A stretch of DNA of 62,870 bases, counting the filler, from Jimgerdemannia flammicorona (taxonomy: Eukaryota), in NCBI GenBank assembly GCA_003990765.1. It is 2 parts of 2 records of this genome, joined end to end, with 100 filler letters (N's around TTAATTAATTAA, not from the genome) between each part and the next. Parts side by side here need not be neighbours in the genome. Positions count along the whole stretch, not along the records: positions 31,493 to 62,870 come from RBNJ01000405.1; 1 more part is not named here. One strand, written 5' to 3'. Made by a program: the position numbers and the translations under genes. The notes beneath the pieces were generated by a model. The model was given only the letters and a program-made list of their open reading frames with translations. It made no database searches and was not told the origin of the DNA. Shown one piece after another: positions 38,799 to 51,716 of this stretch. Each line of letters opens with the position of its first letter. The stretch's first letter is position 1.

Positions 38799-40521
38799 CT
38801 AGAACTAGAAATTCATAGAGTCCAAAGAGAGTCATGAATGTAGTCTTAGAGATATCTTCTGGTTTGATTCAGATTTAGTGGTAGTCTGACATAAATAGTA
38901 CTCCTAATAAATTGAATTAAAGATTCAATTAAATTCAATTCAAATCAAATTGAAGACTAATTAATTTTGTAATCTGATTTGAACCCTATTTTTAGAAATA
39001 TAATAACTTAATAAAAATATATCAAAATTTAATAATCTTTAGCTTATTATATTTCTCTTATATAGGGAAATCTAACAAGCTAAAGATCATTAAATTTGGA
39101 TATATATTTGTTGAGTTATTATATTTCAAAAAATAGGGTTCAAATTGGACCCTCAATTTAATTTGAATTCAAATCAATTCAAACTTAATTCAAATTAAAA
39201 AAATCCCTAATTTAATTCAATTTGAATGACCCTTAATTTAATTTTATTTAAATTAATTCAATTTATTTAAGAGTACTAGATATGAGGTCCAACTTGATGA
39301 AGTACTTGGCATTCTTGAGAGTATCAAAAATCTGATCAATCAAGGATAGCAGATATCAGTTCTTAACTATTATCTTGTTAAGTATATGATAGTCTATATA
39401 TATTTATAGGGTACTATCCTTTTTCTTGACAAATAGAACTAGTGAGTCATAGAGAGATTTGCTTAATTGAATAACTTCTCATATAAATAGTTTTTCTAAT
39501 TCTTTCTTAACTACTTCAATTTTGAGTAGTGATATACAGTATATATATTTCTTAGGTGGTACAGATCCTGGGGTCAGTTAAATTTTGTAATCAACTTCTT
39601 ATATAGATAGTAGACCAGATAGCTTTATCTGGGAAGATCTCTTTGAATTCTTCAAGCAGTAACTTAATACTTTTATTGATTGATAGCTTCTTGTCTTATT
39701 TCTTAGAATGGACTATTGTAACAAGACATGTATTATCTTCTTGAGTGCTTTTTTGTACTATATTGCTAATAGTATTGTAACTGGAATCTTGTTTACAAAC
39801 TTGTCTATTTTGATAATGATATTGACTCCTTCTTAAAGTAGGGTAACTTTATTCTTATATCAATCAATATTTAGATTGTATTTCATGAGCCAGGGTTTTC
39901 TTAAGATCAAATTATGATCTCCTAGTGGTGTGACCATGAAGTCTACTTGTTTCCAATATTTCTGGATCTTGATGAGTAGTTTAGCAATAATTAACTTAAT
40001 AAGATATAGTATACTATCTATAGTAACTATACTATTATTCTTGAGTACAGGCTTGATAAGAATCTTGAGGGTTTCAATGAGATTCTGGTTGATGAAGTTT
40101 CCTGCAGCTTCACTGTCTATGAGTACTTGAACTTCTTTTTCTTTAACTAGATCTTTGAAGATGAGCATAGCTTGAGCTCAATTTTCAGTAAGACTTACTG
40201 CTTGATCAGTATTACTAAAACCTTTCTGATCTTACTTAGTTTTAGATAGTTCTTGGACTTTTGTAATCTTAGATTGACTAGCTTTTTCTAGGCTCATTTG
40301 CCTGACTTGGTCTCCTTTCTTGACTATATAGTCTTGGTCCTTCTGATTGACAAGTAAGACTTGAACTTGTCCTTGATAATCTGAGTCAATGATACCAGTA
40401 TCTCTATCTAAATGATATTTAATACTGAGTTCTGATTATAGTATAATTTTAGTATAATGTCTTTTAGGATATTGGACTGCAATTCTAGTAGGTACTAGAG
40501 TTTGGTCTTTGGCTAGAATAG
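38799..40521 (-). pseudogene. Ty3/Gypsy pol fragment with dUTPase-protease-RT order (probable internal region of family B)
   Basis: GIIDSDYQG at 40370-40396 with KKGDQV.QM and decayed RG.KGFG.T motifs; protease VLIDSEA in ORF 39860-40168; RT KLDL..YHQI.I...KT.F.T.FGLYEF. Confidence 0.85.
38896..39278. mobile_element. hAT-type MITE (~383 bp, near-palindromic) inserted in the RT
   Basis: TIRs TAGTACTC(C/T)TAA(A)TAAATTGAATT; flanks GACATAAA / GATATGAG differ only by C>T/G>A, consistent with a decayed 8-bp TSD; RT frame rejoins when it is removed. Confidence 0.85.
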
Positions 40522-41135
40522 CATATTATCAATTTGGCCATAGGATAGAGTAGTAACCATTTCAGTAATAGTAACTCAGAGGTGGAGAATAAAGGTACTG
40601 TACTTATAAAAGAGTTCTTGGTATTTATAGGTGATGAGTTTCTGATATTGAGATATCTGGATACTATTTATATTATAGTAATATTCAACCATATCTTATA
40701 AGAGATAGCTAATCAGATAGTAGCTTGAGATTTGTCTGATTTGGTAGACTTTACTAAGTATATTCCATCAGGCTTTCATAAAGTAAAGAGGTGCTAGGCT
40801 ATGGATATTCATAAGGAGTAGAAGAGGTGTGACTTGGTTGACAATGATATTCTAAATATCAGTATGAATGTAGTTGTAGATCTCAGTAGTCATATTTGTT
40901 TAATTTATTATAGTTCTCTGTTTCAATATATCTGTGTTTTCAGTATATATATATACTTTTGGTCCTGATTGGTAAGATTCCATTTATATAATTCTTATTT
41001 TCTATGACTTTGAGTTGACTCAGCTTTGTACTCTATAACTTCAGTTTGACTTAGCTTTGTAATCTTATATGTAATATCTAGATTTGTTCTGAGGGTGATA
41101 TGTGATTTCAGTGGCTTGAAGGTTGTACACTTATA
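40522..41135 (-). mobile_element. Family-B LTR, 5' ~0.6 kb, fused to the dUTPase fragment
   Basis: Starts TATAAGTGTACAACC; matches 55636-~56305. Confidence 0.85.
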
Positions 41136-44100
41136 TAGAGGCTATCTGGATATTTTTCAATAAGGTCACTATCAATGACATCACTTCTGATAAAGTAGTC
41201 ATCTAGGAAGAGTGGTTCTTAGATGATATCTTTCTGTTCATTTATATATTAGTAGGTTGGAATCATATTACTATCCTATAGGATAGCATTATCTGTTCCA
41301 TATACTGAGTAGGGTATCAGTGAGTAGAGAAGGAGTATATCATCTTTACTTTCATCAGATTTACTATTAGCATACCTTTAGTAGATTATGGTACTATATA
41401 TTGTAGAGTTATAGTATACTAATAGCTATGATTCATTTTATTTATACTCAGAAGGTAAGGTTGTTGGTTCAATCTCAAGAGTTGTCTGGAGATATAGATT
41501 ATGTTCTCTGGTCTCTTTATTGTAGTTGAAGTAATCAGGTATAAATACAGGTTGGTACTCATACCAGTGGTCATTATGAGTCATAATTTATAACCAGAGG
41601 CTTATAAAGTCTAAGCAGTCTCCTGACTTCTGATGTCATTAGTTTTAAAGGTATTATTATATCTAATTTTTATAAAATTAGAGCTATTCTCAATAGAGAT
41701 AGTTGCACAGAAATAGTAGGTCTTAGTTCTCTTTTTTTTTGAACTGTTGGTATATTTGTAAGAACTAGCCATTCTTATCTAGGATGAGGGCTCTCATTGT
41801 TATAGCTGGGGGTTTGAACCTCTCAGAAATGATATTTCTGTAATCTAAAGTAATTTCTAGTAGCAATATCTGTCATATAGATGGGCTTAAGATTGGTTTC
41901 AACATTGTCAGCTTTCTTAAGTTCTATATAAAGTATCTGTCATTCTCTAATAGAAGTGATACAGATGGAGTGAACAGAGTTATTCAAATGTATTTTACTT
42001 TTACAGAGTAATAAGGTCATATGTGGTTACAGTATATCTTGGTCTTGAGTATAACTCTATCAGAGTCTTGAGTTGATAAATGTGGTTTATAAACCTTTAA
42101 TAAATGAGATAAGGTCCTTCTTATTTCAGTTTAAGTTTAGTGCTCTAGTTTTCTTCTATAATAGTATGGTATACTAAGACTTATTATTCAATGAGTCGAG
42201 GTTCAAGGTTAGTTTTATAGTTATAGTACTTCTTCTAGCATTCTTGTACCTTGGTAATAAATCCTTATACTTGCTGACATACTTTATATAATCAGATGAT
42301 CTCTTTAGTAACTCATTTTATAATCTTGTATATGATTTCTAAATTTGTTCTGAGAGGAACATGTGATTTTAGTAGTTTGGAGATTGTGTACTTATAACTC
42401 TCTCCTTCTTATCTTTCAATGTCCTTGTTGAGGTCTTCTAATTTAATCTAATATTATTATACCATTGAAATAGTCAAAAGTCTAGTAATGTTTATTTTTC
42501 TCAGAAAGTAGTATACTCATAATATAGTTGCCTAATATGTTAGATTCATATATTAAAGAGTTGTATGTTCAATACTATGTGCTGGAAGTAATTCTGATAT
42601 TATTTACTAATGGAGAATTTTCTCTAAGGAATCTTCTTAAATGTCTATATCTCATTTTCCACTAGTAGTACAGGGAGAATAGGCTGTCTTTTAGTTTGCT
42701 ATTTTCTAGAGAGTTGGTATTCCTTTTATCTTAACTTACTGAGTTCTTGATTTCATTTGTAATAATTATAAGAATACTTTTAACAATGTTTAGGAGGAGT
42801 AATATATAGTATAGGACTAATAAGTATTGAAGTATTCAAGTTTAGTTATTTAAAAAATCATATTCTTGAACTAAGTTGATGGTTTTTATAGCTATGTTTA
42901 TTGAGAATTTATTCAAAATTATATTCTTTCTAGTCATTAATGATGTTAGGTGCTAGTGGTTTTATAGTTTGATTTGGAAATAGCTCATTGTTATTTTCAT
43001 TATATTGCTTGAGATATTAGATATTAAAGACAGAGTGAATCTTGATAGTATCTAGTAGTACTAATTTGTAGAAAGTTGGAGAGACTTATTCAATAGTCTA
43101 ATAAATTTGCTATTTAGCTTTATAGAGAGTCTGTACTTAAGGTTGTCAACTTGGTATCCTCAGATATCTAATAGAACTTTTTCTCCAATATCAAAAGTTT
43201 CTTTTTAGTAATACTAATTGATATACTATTATTGTTGCTCTTGAGCTTAAGATAAATTCTCAATTACAATCTAGCTTAAGTTATATATATATTTAGAGCA
43301 GAAATTCTTTAATAGCTTCAATAGTGGTGAGATTATCAGTAGTTCAGATAAGTATCAGAGAAGTGTTTGGATTTTATTCTATATTAGTAAAGAACAGAGT
43401 TATTTCAAGATATACTTATTTACTATTATTATAGGCAAACTCAACTATAGTGAGATATTTATGCTAATTATCTTGTCTATAGAAAATATAGTTTCTTAGC
43501 ATTTATTCTAAAGTTTGATTCATCCTTTTAATTTGGTTATTAGTTTTGAGATAAAAGACTATAAATAGTACAAGTTTTATTCCAAGATATATATATAGAG
43601 CTTTTCAAAAAATAGCTGATGAATTTCAGATCTCAGTTATTAATAATAATCTTAGAGAGACCATGATAGCAGAAGATGTTATCAAATAAGAGTGGCAATT
43701 TTAGGTACTGTTGTAATTGTAGTAGTAGGTATAAAGTGGGCTTGTTTGCTAAGATAGTCTATAAAGACAACAATTACATCTTTTCCATTCTTAATTCAGG
43801 GTAGTTATATAATGAAGTCATAGAGATTTGTTTCCAATTAGTAGATAGTACTGAGATAGAGTAGAGTAGGCTAGGTTTTGCTAGTATTGAGGACTTATTA
43901 TATTAGTAGATATTATAGGAAGTGATATAGATCTTTAGCTAATCTACCATATAGAGCCAATAGAAGTCTAAGAAAATAACTTTATAGTATTTATTAAATC
44001 CTAGATATCTAGCTGTAGGAGCATTATGATATTCAAATAGAATAGTTCTTTGGAGATCTCAATTATTAGGAACATATAATCTGTTCAGTAGAGAGCATTA

Positions 44101-47100
44101 TCCTTCAGTTAATATTAATGATACTGAGAGTGCTTATCAATATCATTACTGCTTAGAATTTCTTGGAGTGCTTGAGCTTCTTTATTATCAATATATGCTA
44201 TAATGATTTGTCCTATGATTGAGTTGGTAACCAGGGTGAGAGTTTGTATAACTTCTTTAATTGGTAGTTTAGAAATTACATCAGCAACAATATTTTTCTT
44301 ATTAGAGTAATATTGAATTTTGTAGTCAAAATTAGTGAGGACTTTTATCTATCTAGCTTACTTTCAGAAAAGAGTAGCCTGGATCTTAATATTGACTAAT
44401 AATTTATGGTCTGTCAAAATGATAAAGTATACTTCTTTGAGATATAGTTACTATTTGATCAGAGTATCTATATTAGCTAATATTTTATTCTCATAGATTA
44501 TATAGTTGATTTCAGCATCATTGAACTTATAAGAGTAATAGACTATGAGATACTCTTCTTGCATAAGTACTGCTCTAAGAGCTAGATCAGAGGTATTAGT
44601 AGTAACTTTATATAGTAAGGCAGAGTTTGTCACTTGAAGTACTAGAGTGGTTATTAAGATATCTTTCAGGACTTAAAAGGCTATATCTTGTTCAGGTCCT
44701 CAATTTATAAGATTGTTGAAACTCTTTTCTTACTTTGTAGTCCAGAGCTATTCTTCTTTTTTACTATACTTGATTATTTGGATAAGGGCAGTAGTAATTT
44801 TGATAAAGTTTGCAAAAAATCACTGGTAATAATTTCCTAGTCCTAGGAATAACTGAAGGTCTTCCAGCTTCTTGAGTCTGAGCCATTTCTTGATTGCTGA
44901 GATTTTGCTAGGATTTACTTTGATTCTATTGAGAGTGATAATATATTTAAGAAATTAAATTTTCTTTAGAAGAAATTCACATTTGCTAAGTTTTACAAAG
45001 AGTTGGTTTTCTCAGAGCTTCAGTAGTATATTTGAGATGTTTCTTCAGAGTTTTGCTGAAGACTAGTATATCATTAATATAGACAATAAAAATTTATCTA
45101 AATATGGATATAGGATGGTATTTATCAGTGTCTAGAAGGTTGTAGGAACATTAGTTAAGTCAAAAAGGCATAACCAAGAACTTAAAATATCTATAGTGAG
45201 TTTGGAAGGTAGTTTTGTAGATATCTTCTTCTTTTATGGTAATTTATCAGTAGCTATTTTATAGGTCAAAAGAGCTTATAAACTGTAAATTAATAAGTCT
45301 ATTAAATATTTCATCAATTTAGAATAGTAGACAATAGTTCTTAATAGTCTGTTCATTAAGGTCTTAGTAGTCAATATATATTTATAGATTTCTTTCTTTC
45401 TTGACAACAAAGAGAACTGGTTCACCATATGGTAATACACTAGGTCTAATGAATTCTTATTCTAGAAGTTCATTAATCTCTTTTTTAAGTATATCAATTT
45501 CTCTAAGAGACATGTGATAGATTGACTTGAAGACTGGTTTGATATCTGGAATAGTCTTAATTATATAATCTATAGATCATTTAGGTGGTAAACCTTTTGG
45601 AAGTTTTTTTTGAAATATGTCTCAGAATTTCTAAAGTAAAGATCTAATATAGCTATTAACTTTGGAAAAGTTTTCTTTAAGATTCTTAGGTTCTCCTTTG
45701 GATAGCTATATAGAGATAGCAAAGAGAGGGCATTTCTTAGCTAATTTCTTAAGTTGTAGTTTGTTAATATAAGTGATCTTTGAGCTTGAGTTACTAGAAC
45801 TGAGTGGGTCTCTTTTATCTTATAGTTTGAAATTGTGGCATCCTTTCTTGATAGTTAGAGAATAGTTTACTTAATTAATTATAGAGTTCTCTTGTTTTAA
45901 CTATGAGTTTCTGAAAATGATCTCATTATTAGAAAGTAGTACAATTTAGAGTATAATATATACTTGGTAGTCAGATTATTGAGATGATATAGAGTAGTAA
46001 TAGTTGCTTATATTGCTATTCAGGGTTTTTAATTGGGGCAGGCACTAGTCATGTATTCTGTCTTTCAATAATAGAAGTATATTCTGCTTCTTTGAAGTTT
46101 ATTTCTTTCTTCTTTGATGAGTTTTTTAAAGATACTCAGCTGAGTAGGTTTAGAATTTCAAAGTATCTATAAGGTATATATGGAGGAAGTTTAGGATGCT
46201 TTATGTTTGGATTCTTCTTTCTTAGTCCAAGATTTTTCCTTATTATGAATTGTCTTTGAGGCAGAATTAGTTCAGCTGTTAGGATTTACTTAACTATAGC
46301 CTTGATTCTTATTAGACACTATTATTGATAATTATAACTAACTGGGCATTCTTGTTCTCAGATCTTTCTTATGAGCTATTCTGATAGTATATCAAACAGA
46401 TGGTCTGCTCTTATACTATTTCATGCTTTATCATTGGTAATATATCCTAGACCAATAGTATTCAAGAGTGAATTGAGTTTTATATAAAAGGTTTTAAACT
46501 CCTTCTTACTATATACATTAAATTTGGGATTGCAAAGTTTTACTTGAGATTCAGCAATTAGAGTTTCACTGTAATATTGAGCAATTATAAGTTGTTTGAG
46601 TCCAGAGACTGCAGGGTAGTCTCTATATTCAGAGGTATTATTTGTTATATTTTGAACAATAACTACAAATTGGATATTTTATATAAGAAATTTTTCAGAA
46701 AGAGTTCACTATCATTCTTTAGCAGGTCCTTAAAAGAATATAATAACTTGATAGATATAGGCTATGATAGTAGCAAAAAGTTATTCAATAGTGTAGTCTT
46801 AGTTATTTTTTAGAAGGTAGTTAGAAACTCTCATTGGTCTATTGATTGGCTTCAAAATTGATATCAACTATACTAATGAAGCTTTGGACTTTCTGTATAG
46901 TACCATTAAAGGTAGGTAGGCTTAGACTTTTTATAGATTAGGTCTGTTCAGCTAGGGCAGTAATGGTTGCTACCATTATGGCTATCTGAGCTATAAGATT
47001 TAAGATTTGTTAGTTTATTACATATATTGTTTACTAGAGGCAGTTGAACTACTGATAGTGGAGTTACTGATATGACTTAAGGTACTGATATAAAGTGTGA

Positions 47101-47327
47101 TGGTATTCTTTAAGTCTGTGTGAGTTGCTAGAGTAACTATTGCAGGTCTGGTGTAAGAGCTTAATAAATAACTATCTGTTGCTCTATAGGTATGTTTTGT
47201 CTTAAAAGAGGTACATCTCCTTCAGTAGTATATCCAGAATTAAATTCAGTAAGATACTCCTCCTTCTCTTCACTTTGGTCTCTGTATAGTTGAGTTTATT
47301 TAGTATCAAAGTAGATAATATTAGTTG
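41136..47327 (-). mobile_element. Strongly decayed Ty3/Gypsy element (family B'): 5' LTR remnant 47152-47327, gag-PR-RT-RH-INT, PPT 42398-42410, 3' LTR 41136-42396
   Basis: RT IVYINDILVFS near 45060-45090; RNase H ORF 44451-44633; integrase motifs 43300-44050; AAGAAGGAGAGAG PPT adjacent to an LTR start shared with family B; a chromodomain at ~42500-42660 is possible but unclear. Confidence 0.82.
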
Positions 47328-47870
47328 TAGTGCTCTCAAATGAATCAAATCAATTTGAATTGAATTGAATTGGGATTAATTAAAATTGAATTGATGTCTG
47401 ATTTAATTCAATTTAAATTAAATTGAGAGTCTAATTTAATTTAATTCAAATTGAATTAAGGTTCCAATTTGAATTAGTCAAACTGAATTGAATATCAATT
47501 TGAGATTCTTAGTGACTTATATTATAAGGTAATTAGTTTTTTATTTAAAAGGCACATTACTTAAAATTTATATATAAATATATAACTGAAATTCACACAT
47601 AATTGAAATTTATATCTAACTAAAATTCATGCATAATTGATATATATTTTTGAAATTCTCATACACATATACAACTCTGGTCCTGGTCCTGGTCTCAGCT
47701 ATATTTGATCATAGTAGTAGCTATCCAGTAAGTATTATTATATAATCTCTTTTTTAGTAGAAGATCAGAGATCAATGAATTGAGTTATTGATAGATTTTG
47801 AAAAGGGTATAATATGGTTTTCTATATCTTCTGTAATTATTGTAGCTTATATAAGATTAACCTTTAGTTT

Positions 47871-48146
47871 TTAGAGTAGTGGCTTGGATAGTGGCTTGGG
47901 CTTGAGTAGCAGCTTAAGTAGTAGCAGTAGCTTAGACAGTAGCTTAGGCTTGGGTGGTGGCTTGGGCTTAGATAGTGGCTTAGATGGTAGCTTGGGCTTA
48001 GATGGGAGCTTGGGCTTAGGCAGTAGCTTGGGCAGTAGCTTAGGCTTGGGCAGTAGCTTGAGCTTGGGTGGTAGCTTGGGCTTAGGTGGTGGCTTGGGCT
48101 TGGGTGGCATCTTTAGAGGCCTCAGGTGTAGAGACTTTAGGGACAA
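47871..48146 (-). repeat. Low-complexity repeat encoding (PKPK/PPK)n
   Basis: ORF 47871-48146; 18-bp-like GGCTTGGGCTTGGGTGGT units. Confidence 0.8.
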
Positions 48147-48409
48147 TCTGAGAAGTGGCTTCTGGTGTAGTCTTTGAGATGAATTGCTTGATTATTTCTT
48201 CAATCTTCTTCTTTTTCTTCTTGTATTCATTATTAGTCTTAGGTTCTTTATCATCTAATCAAATGACAATCTTATTGATAGTATTGTTTATATCCTCAAA
48301 GACTTCAGAAAGATAGTTAACATAAAATTGAAGTTTTTTATAAAGTGAGGTCATTTTTTAGAGTTTAGTTTATTTTTATTATTAAAGTTAGCTTATTTAT
48401 ATATATTTT

Positions 48410-49255
48410 ACCTATACTTGTTATAATATCTGAAACTCTTAACTTATGCTTATGTATTATACTTATTATAATACTTAAAGCTCTCAGCTTATGCTTGTTA
48501 CTTATAGAATTGTGGACTTGCACTTGTTATAATATTTGAAGCTCTCAGCTTATACTTATTACTTATGAGATTGTGGACTTATACTTATTACAATATTCAA
48601 AGCTCTTAGCTTATATTTATTGTTTGCAAAATTGTACTTATTGCAATATTCAAAGCTTTTAGCTTATATTTATTACTCATAAAATTGCTAGCTTATGCTT
48701 ATTTGCCAGATTATATACTTGTACTTATTGTAATATTTGAAGCTCTTGGCTTATACTTATTGCTTATGGGATTGCTAGCTTATACTTATTACTCATAAGA
48801 TTGTAGACTTATACTTGTTGTAATATTCAAAGCTCTTAGCTTATATTTATTACTTACAGAATTGTGAGCTTATGCTTGTTGTAATATTCAATACTCTTGG
48901 CTTATACTTAATACTTATAGGATTATACTTATTGTAATATTTGAAGCTCTCAGCTTATACTTATTACTTATAAAATTATCAGCTTATACTTGTTATTTAT
49001 AGAATTGTACTTATTGTAATATTTGAAGCTCTTGACTTATACTTATTGCTCACAGAATTACTGGCTTATGCTTATTACTTATTAGATTACAGGCTTATAC
49101 TTGTTGCAATATTTGAAGCTCTTATTGTTACTTGTGAAATTGCTGGCTTATGCTTATTGCTTATAGGATTGCAGACTTATACTTGTTATAATATTTGAAA
49201 CTCTTGGCTTATACTTATTACTTGCAGAATTACAGACTTGTGAGCTTATAAGCAT
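48410..49255. repeat. Degenerate AT-rich minisatellite
   Basis: Recurrent GCTTATACTT(A/G)TT and ATATT(T/C)(G/A)AAGCTCT motifs. Confidence 0.85.
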
Positions 49256-50888
49256 AAGTATTTCAGATATAGTAACTAAGTATATATAATATATATTCTT
49301 AAGCTTTGAATATATTTGAAATTTTATATATTATACCATTTATACTGCTTGTCATCTATCTCTAGTACTCTCAGATGGATATAAGATATCTTATCTCACT
49401 CATCTCATCAGAGCTAGAAATAATAAAAATTATATTTAGATATAGTATATCTATAAGTTCTGGGTTATGCTTATATAATATAATACCCAAGTGCTATATT
49501 TATTTGATATTTTGAAATATAACTATATTTTGAGATTTGGGATTAGCTATTGTTATTAGAATACTAGACTGATTATTATATTTTTAAACATATATATTCA
49601 CAAATTTTTTCAGAGTCTAAAGTACCTCTTTTAGCTACTATAAGATCTTTATCACTTGAAAAAACTCTCTCAATTAAAGTACTTATTACTGGGATAGTTA
49701 AGTAATTATGTGCTATTTTTACTAGATTTGAGAAATCTCTGCTATAGCCCTAATATTTCCAATCAATTAAATCAATTAGAGAAACTCAAATAATATTTTG
49801 AATTGACCTAATTTGAATATGAATTCTCAACTCATTTACCACTAAGATAATTTATCAACTCTTGCTTAAAATTTAACAGTTTCACTTTTCAAATAAGCAT
49901 CTATCTCTTTCTCAGAATTTATCATCAGTTTTTGTCTTTTGTTAAATATATATTCATATAGTATAGTATTGATATCATCCTCTACTGCTTCATAATCTTT
50001 AGAACTTATTCAATTAATTAATCTAGATAGAGAAGTATAGTTTTCATTATAAACTGTATGAAGTTTATTTTTGGTCTCTTTAATCCAAATATCTTCCCAA
50101 TCATATAATAAATAATATTCTAGCTTAAGCTTGAGATTGAGTACTGGTTTTCATTATAAAATAAAATTTAAAATAAATTAGTAGTGATTAATAAGTGAAT
50201 TTTGAAATAGATTTATACTGTTTTCAATAATAAGTAAATTTCAAAATAGATTTATACTGTCTCTGACATCAAGCAAATTTTGAAATATTTACTTACTAGT
50301 ATTAATATAATAAATTGGAGTATTTATTATTAAATAATATATCTTCAACTTAGTAATAGTTGCAGTTAGTATTAGGGTGAATAATATTCAGCTCTTTGAA
50401 TTTCTTGATTATTATCCTCCAATATATCCATTAGAAAGTTATAAATAGAAATATGTAGCAAATAAATTATTAGATATTTATAATGAGCTATAATATCTGT
50501 TACTTGTTTAAAGCACTTTAGTATACTAATAATATTTTTTAGTATTTATCAAATATAGTCTTCTATAGTATATTTTTTCAAATCTTTATCAGCTATAACT
50601 GTTGAGATTAAAGGCTATTAATAAATTAATTCATTAAATTATTTAATGTAATAGTGATCCCAGAATGATGACATCAGCACAAGAGATAGCCTTTTCTTAC
50701 AAGCCATCAGATCAGAGTACAAGAAGATCATATGGTATATAAGATGAGTAATAATGACCAACTGTGAGTTATTGTGACCATAGTATGGGTATCTTGAGAA
50801 ATATAAAAGAAGGATCAAGGAACTGCAGTAGCAGTAATCAATAAGATCCACCAATTCCAAAATAGCTCAAAGACTTATTACAAACAAA

Positions 50889-51716
50889 ATGCCTGCTGCT
50901 CATCAAACCTCAAGGTCAAGGAATCACCAAGGTACCTCAGTTAAAGAAAGGATATTCCAAGACATCAGAAGAGCCATGAGGACCTGCTCAAGAAGGACTT
51001 CTAGTGTCAATCTGGGTACTAGTGACTCTTATCAATATATTCTCTACTGCTATAAAATGGAAACAAGAATCACTATTGCTACCAAATGCCTCCAAATATA
51101 GCAGGAGTATGAAATAGGAAACCTCCTCTACTGGGAGTTCCCACAGACTAGCCCTCAAGAGTTACAAGATGTCACTCTTATACATATATGTATATGAGAA
51201 GTAAGGATAGCTAAGAAGATTCATCAGATCTTCAGACATACACCATAGTTGATCCCCAACTTAAAGTATATTAGAGTCTCAGATTTCAGAGATCTGTCAG
51301 CCCACTATATCAATACACTAGAAGCCAGAGTGGCTACAGAAGTCTAGTCCACTATCACTCTCAATAGTGATAAAGTAGAAGACTTCTGGCATCTCATCCT
51401 CCAGGACAACTCAGACAAATTTTTACAAAAATTAATCTCAGTATTCCAAGGCCCAAGCATCCAGGTTAGACTTCTCCAAGATCTCACATTTGTCCCTTAT
51501 TTTGTGGAAGAGAACCTCATAGACTGGAGAGCTCTAGACCTCCTTGTTCCCACCACTACTGAATGTGATGATATCATTGGTGATGACATCATCCTGTATG
51601 ATATATGCGAAATACATGACCTATATAATGAGACTGAAACATTCATGGACCTCATCTCCTTTGAGGACAGCAATGATGAGGATGAAGCCCTTATGGTCTT
51701 AAATATTTTACTCTAA
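50889..51716 (+). pseudogene. ~275-aa ORF of unknown function inside the family-A LTR
   Basis: ORF pieces 50889-51101 and 51504-51716 share one frame; same ORF in all four LTR copies; stops are of deamination type. Confidence 0.82.

Noticed and set aside
48410..49255. CRISPR-like repeat/spacer appearance (also 29138-29270 and 34320-34765)
   Set aside because: Spacers are themselves repetitive, context is eukaryotic, no cas genes
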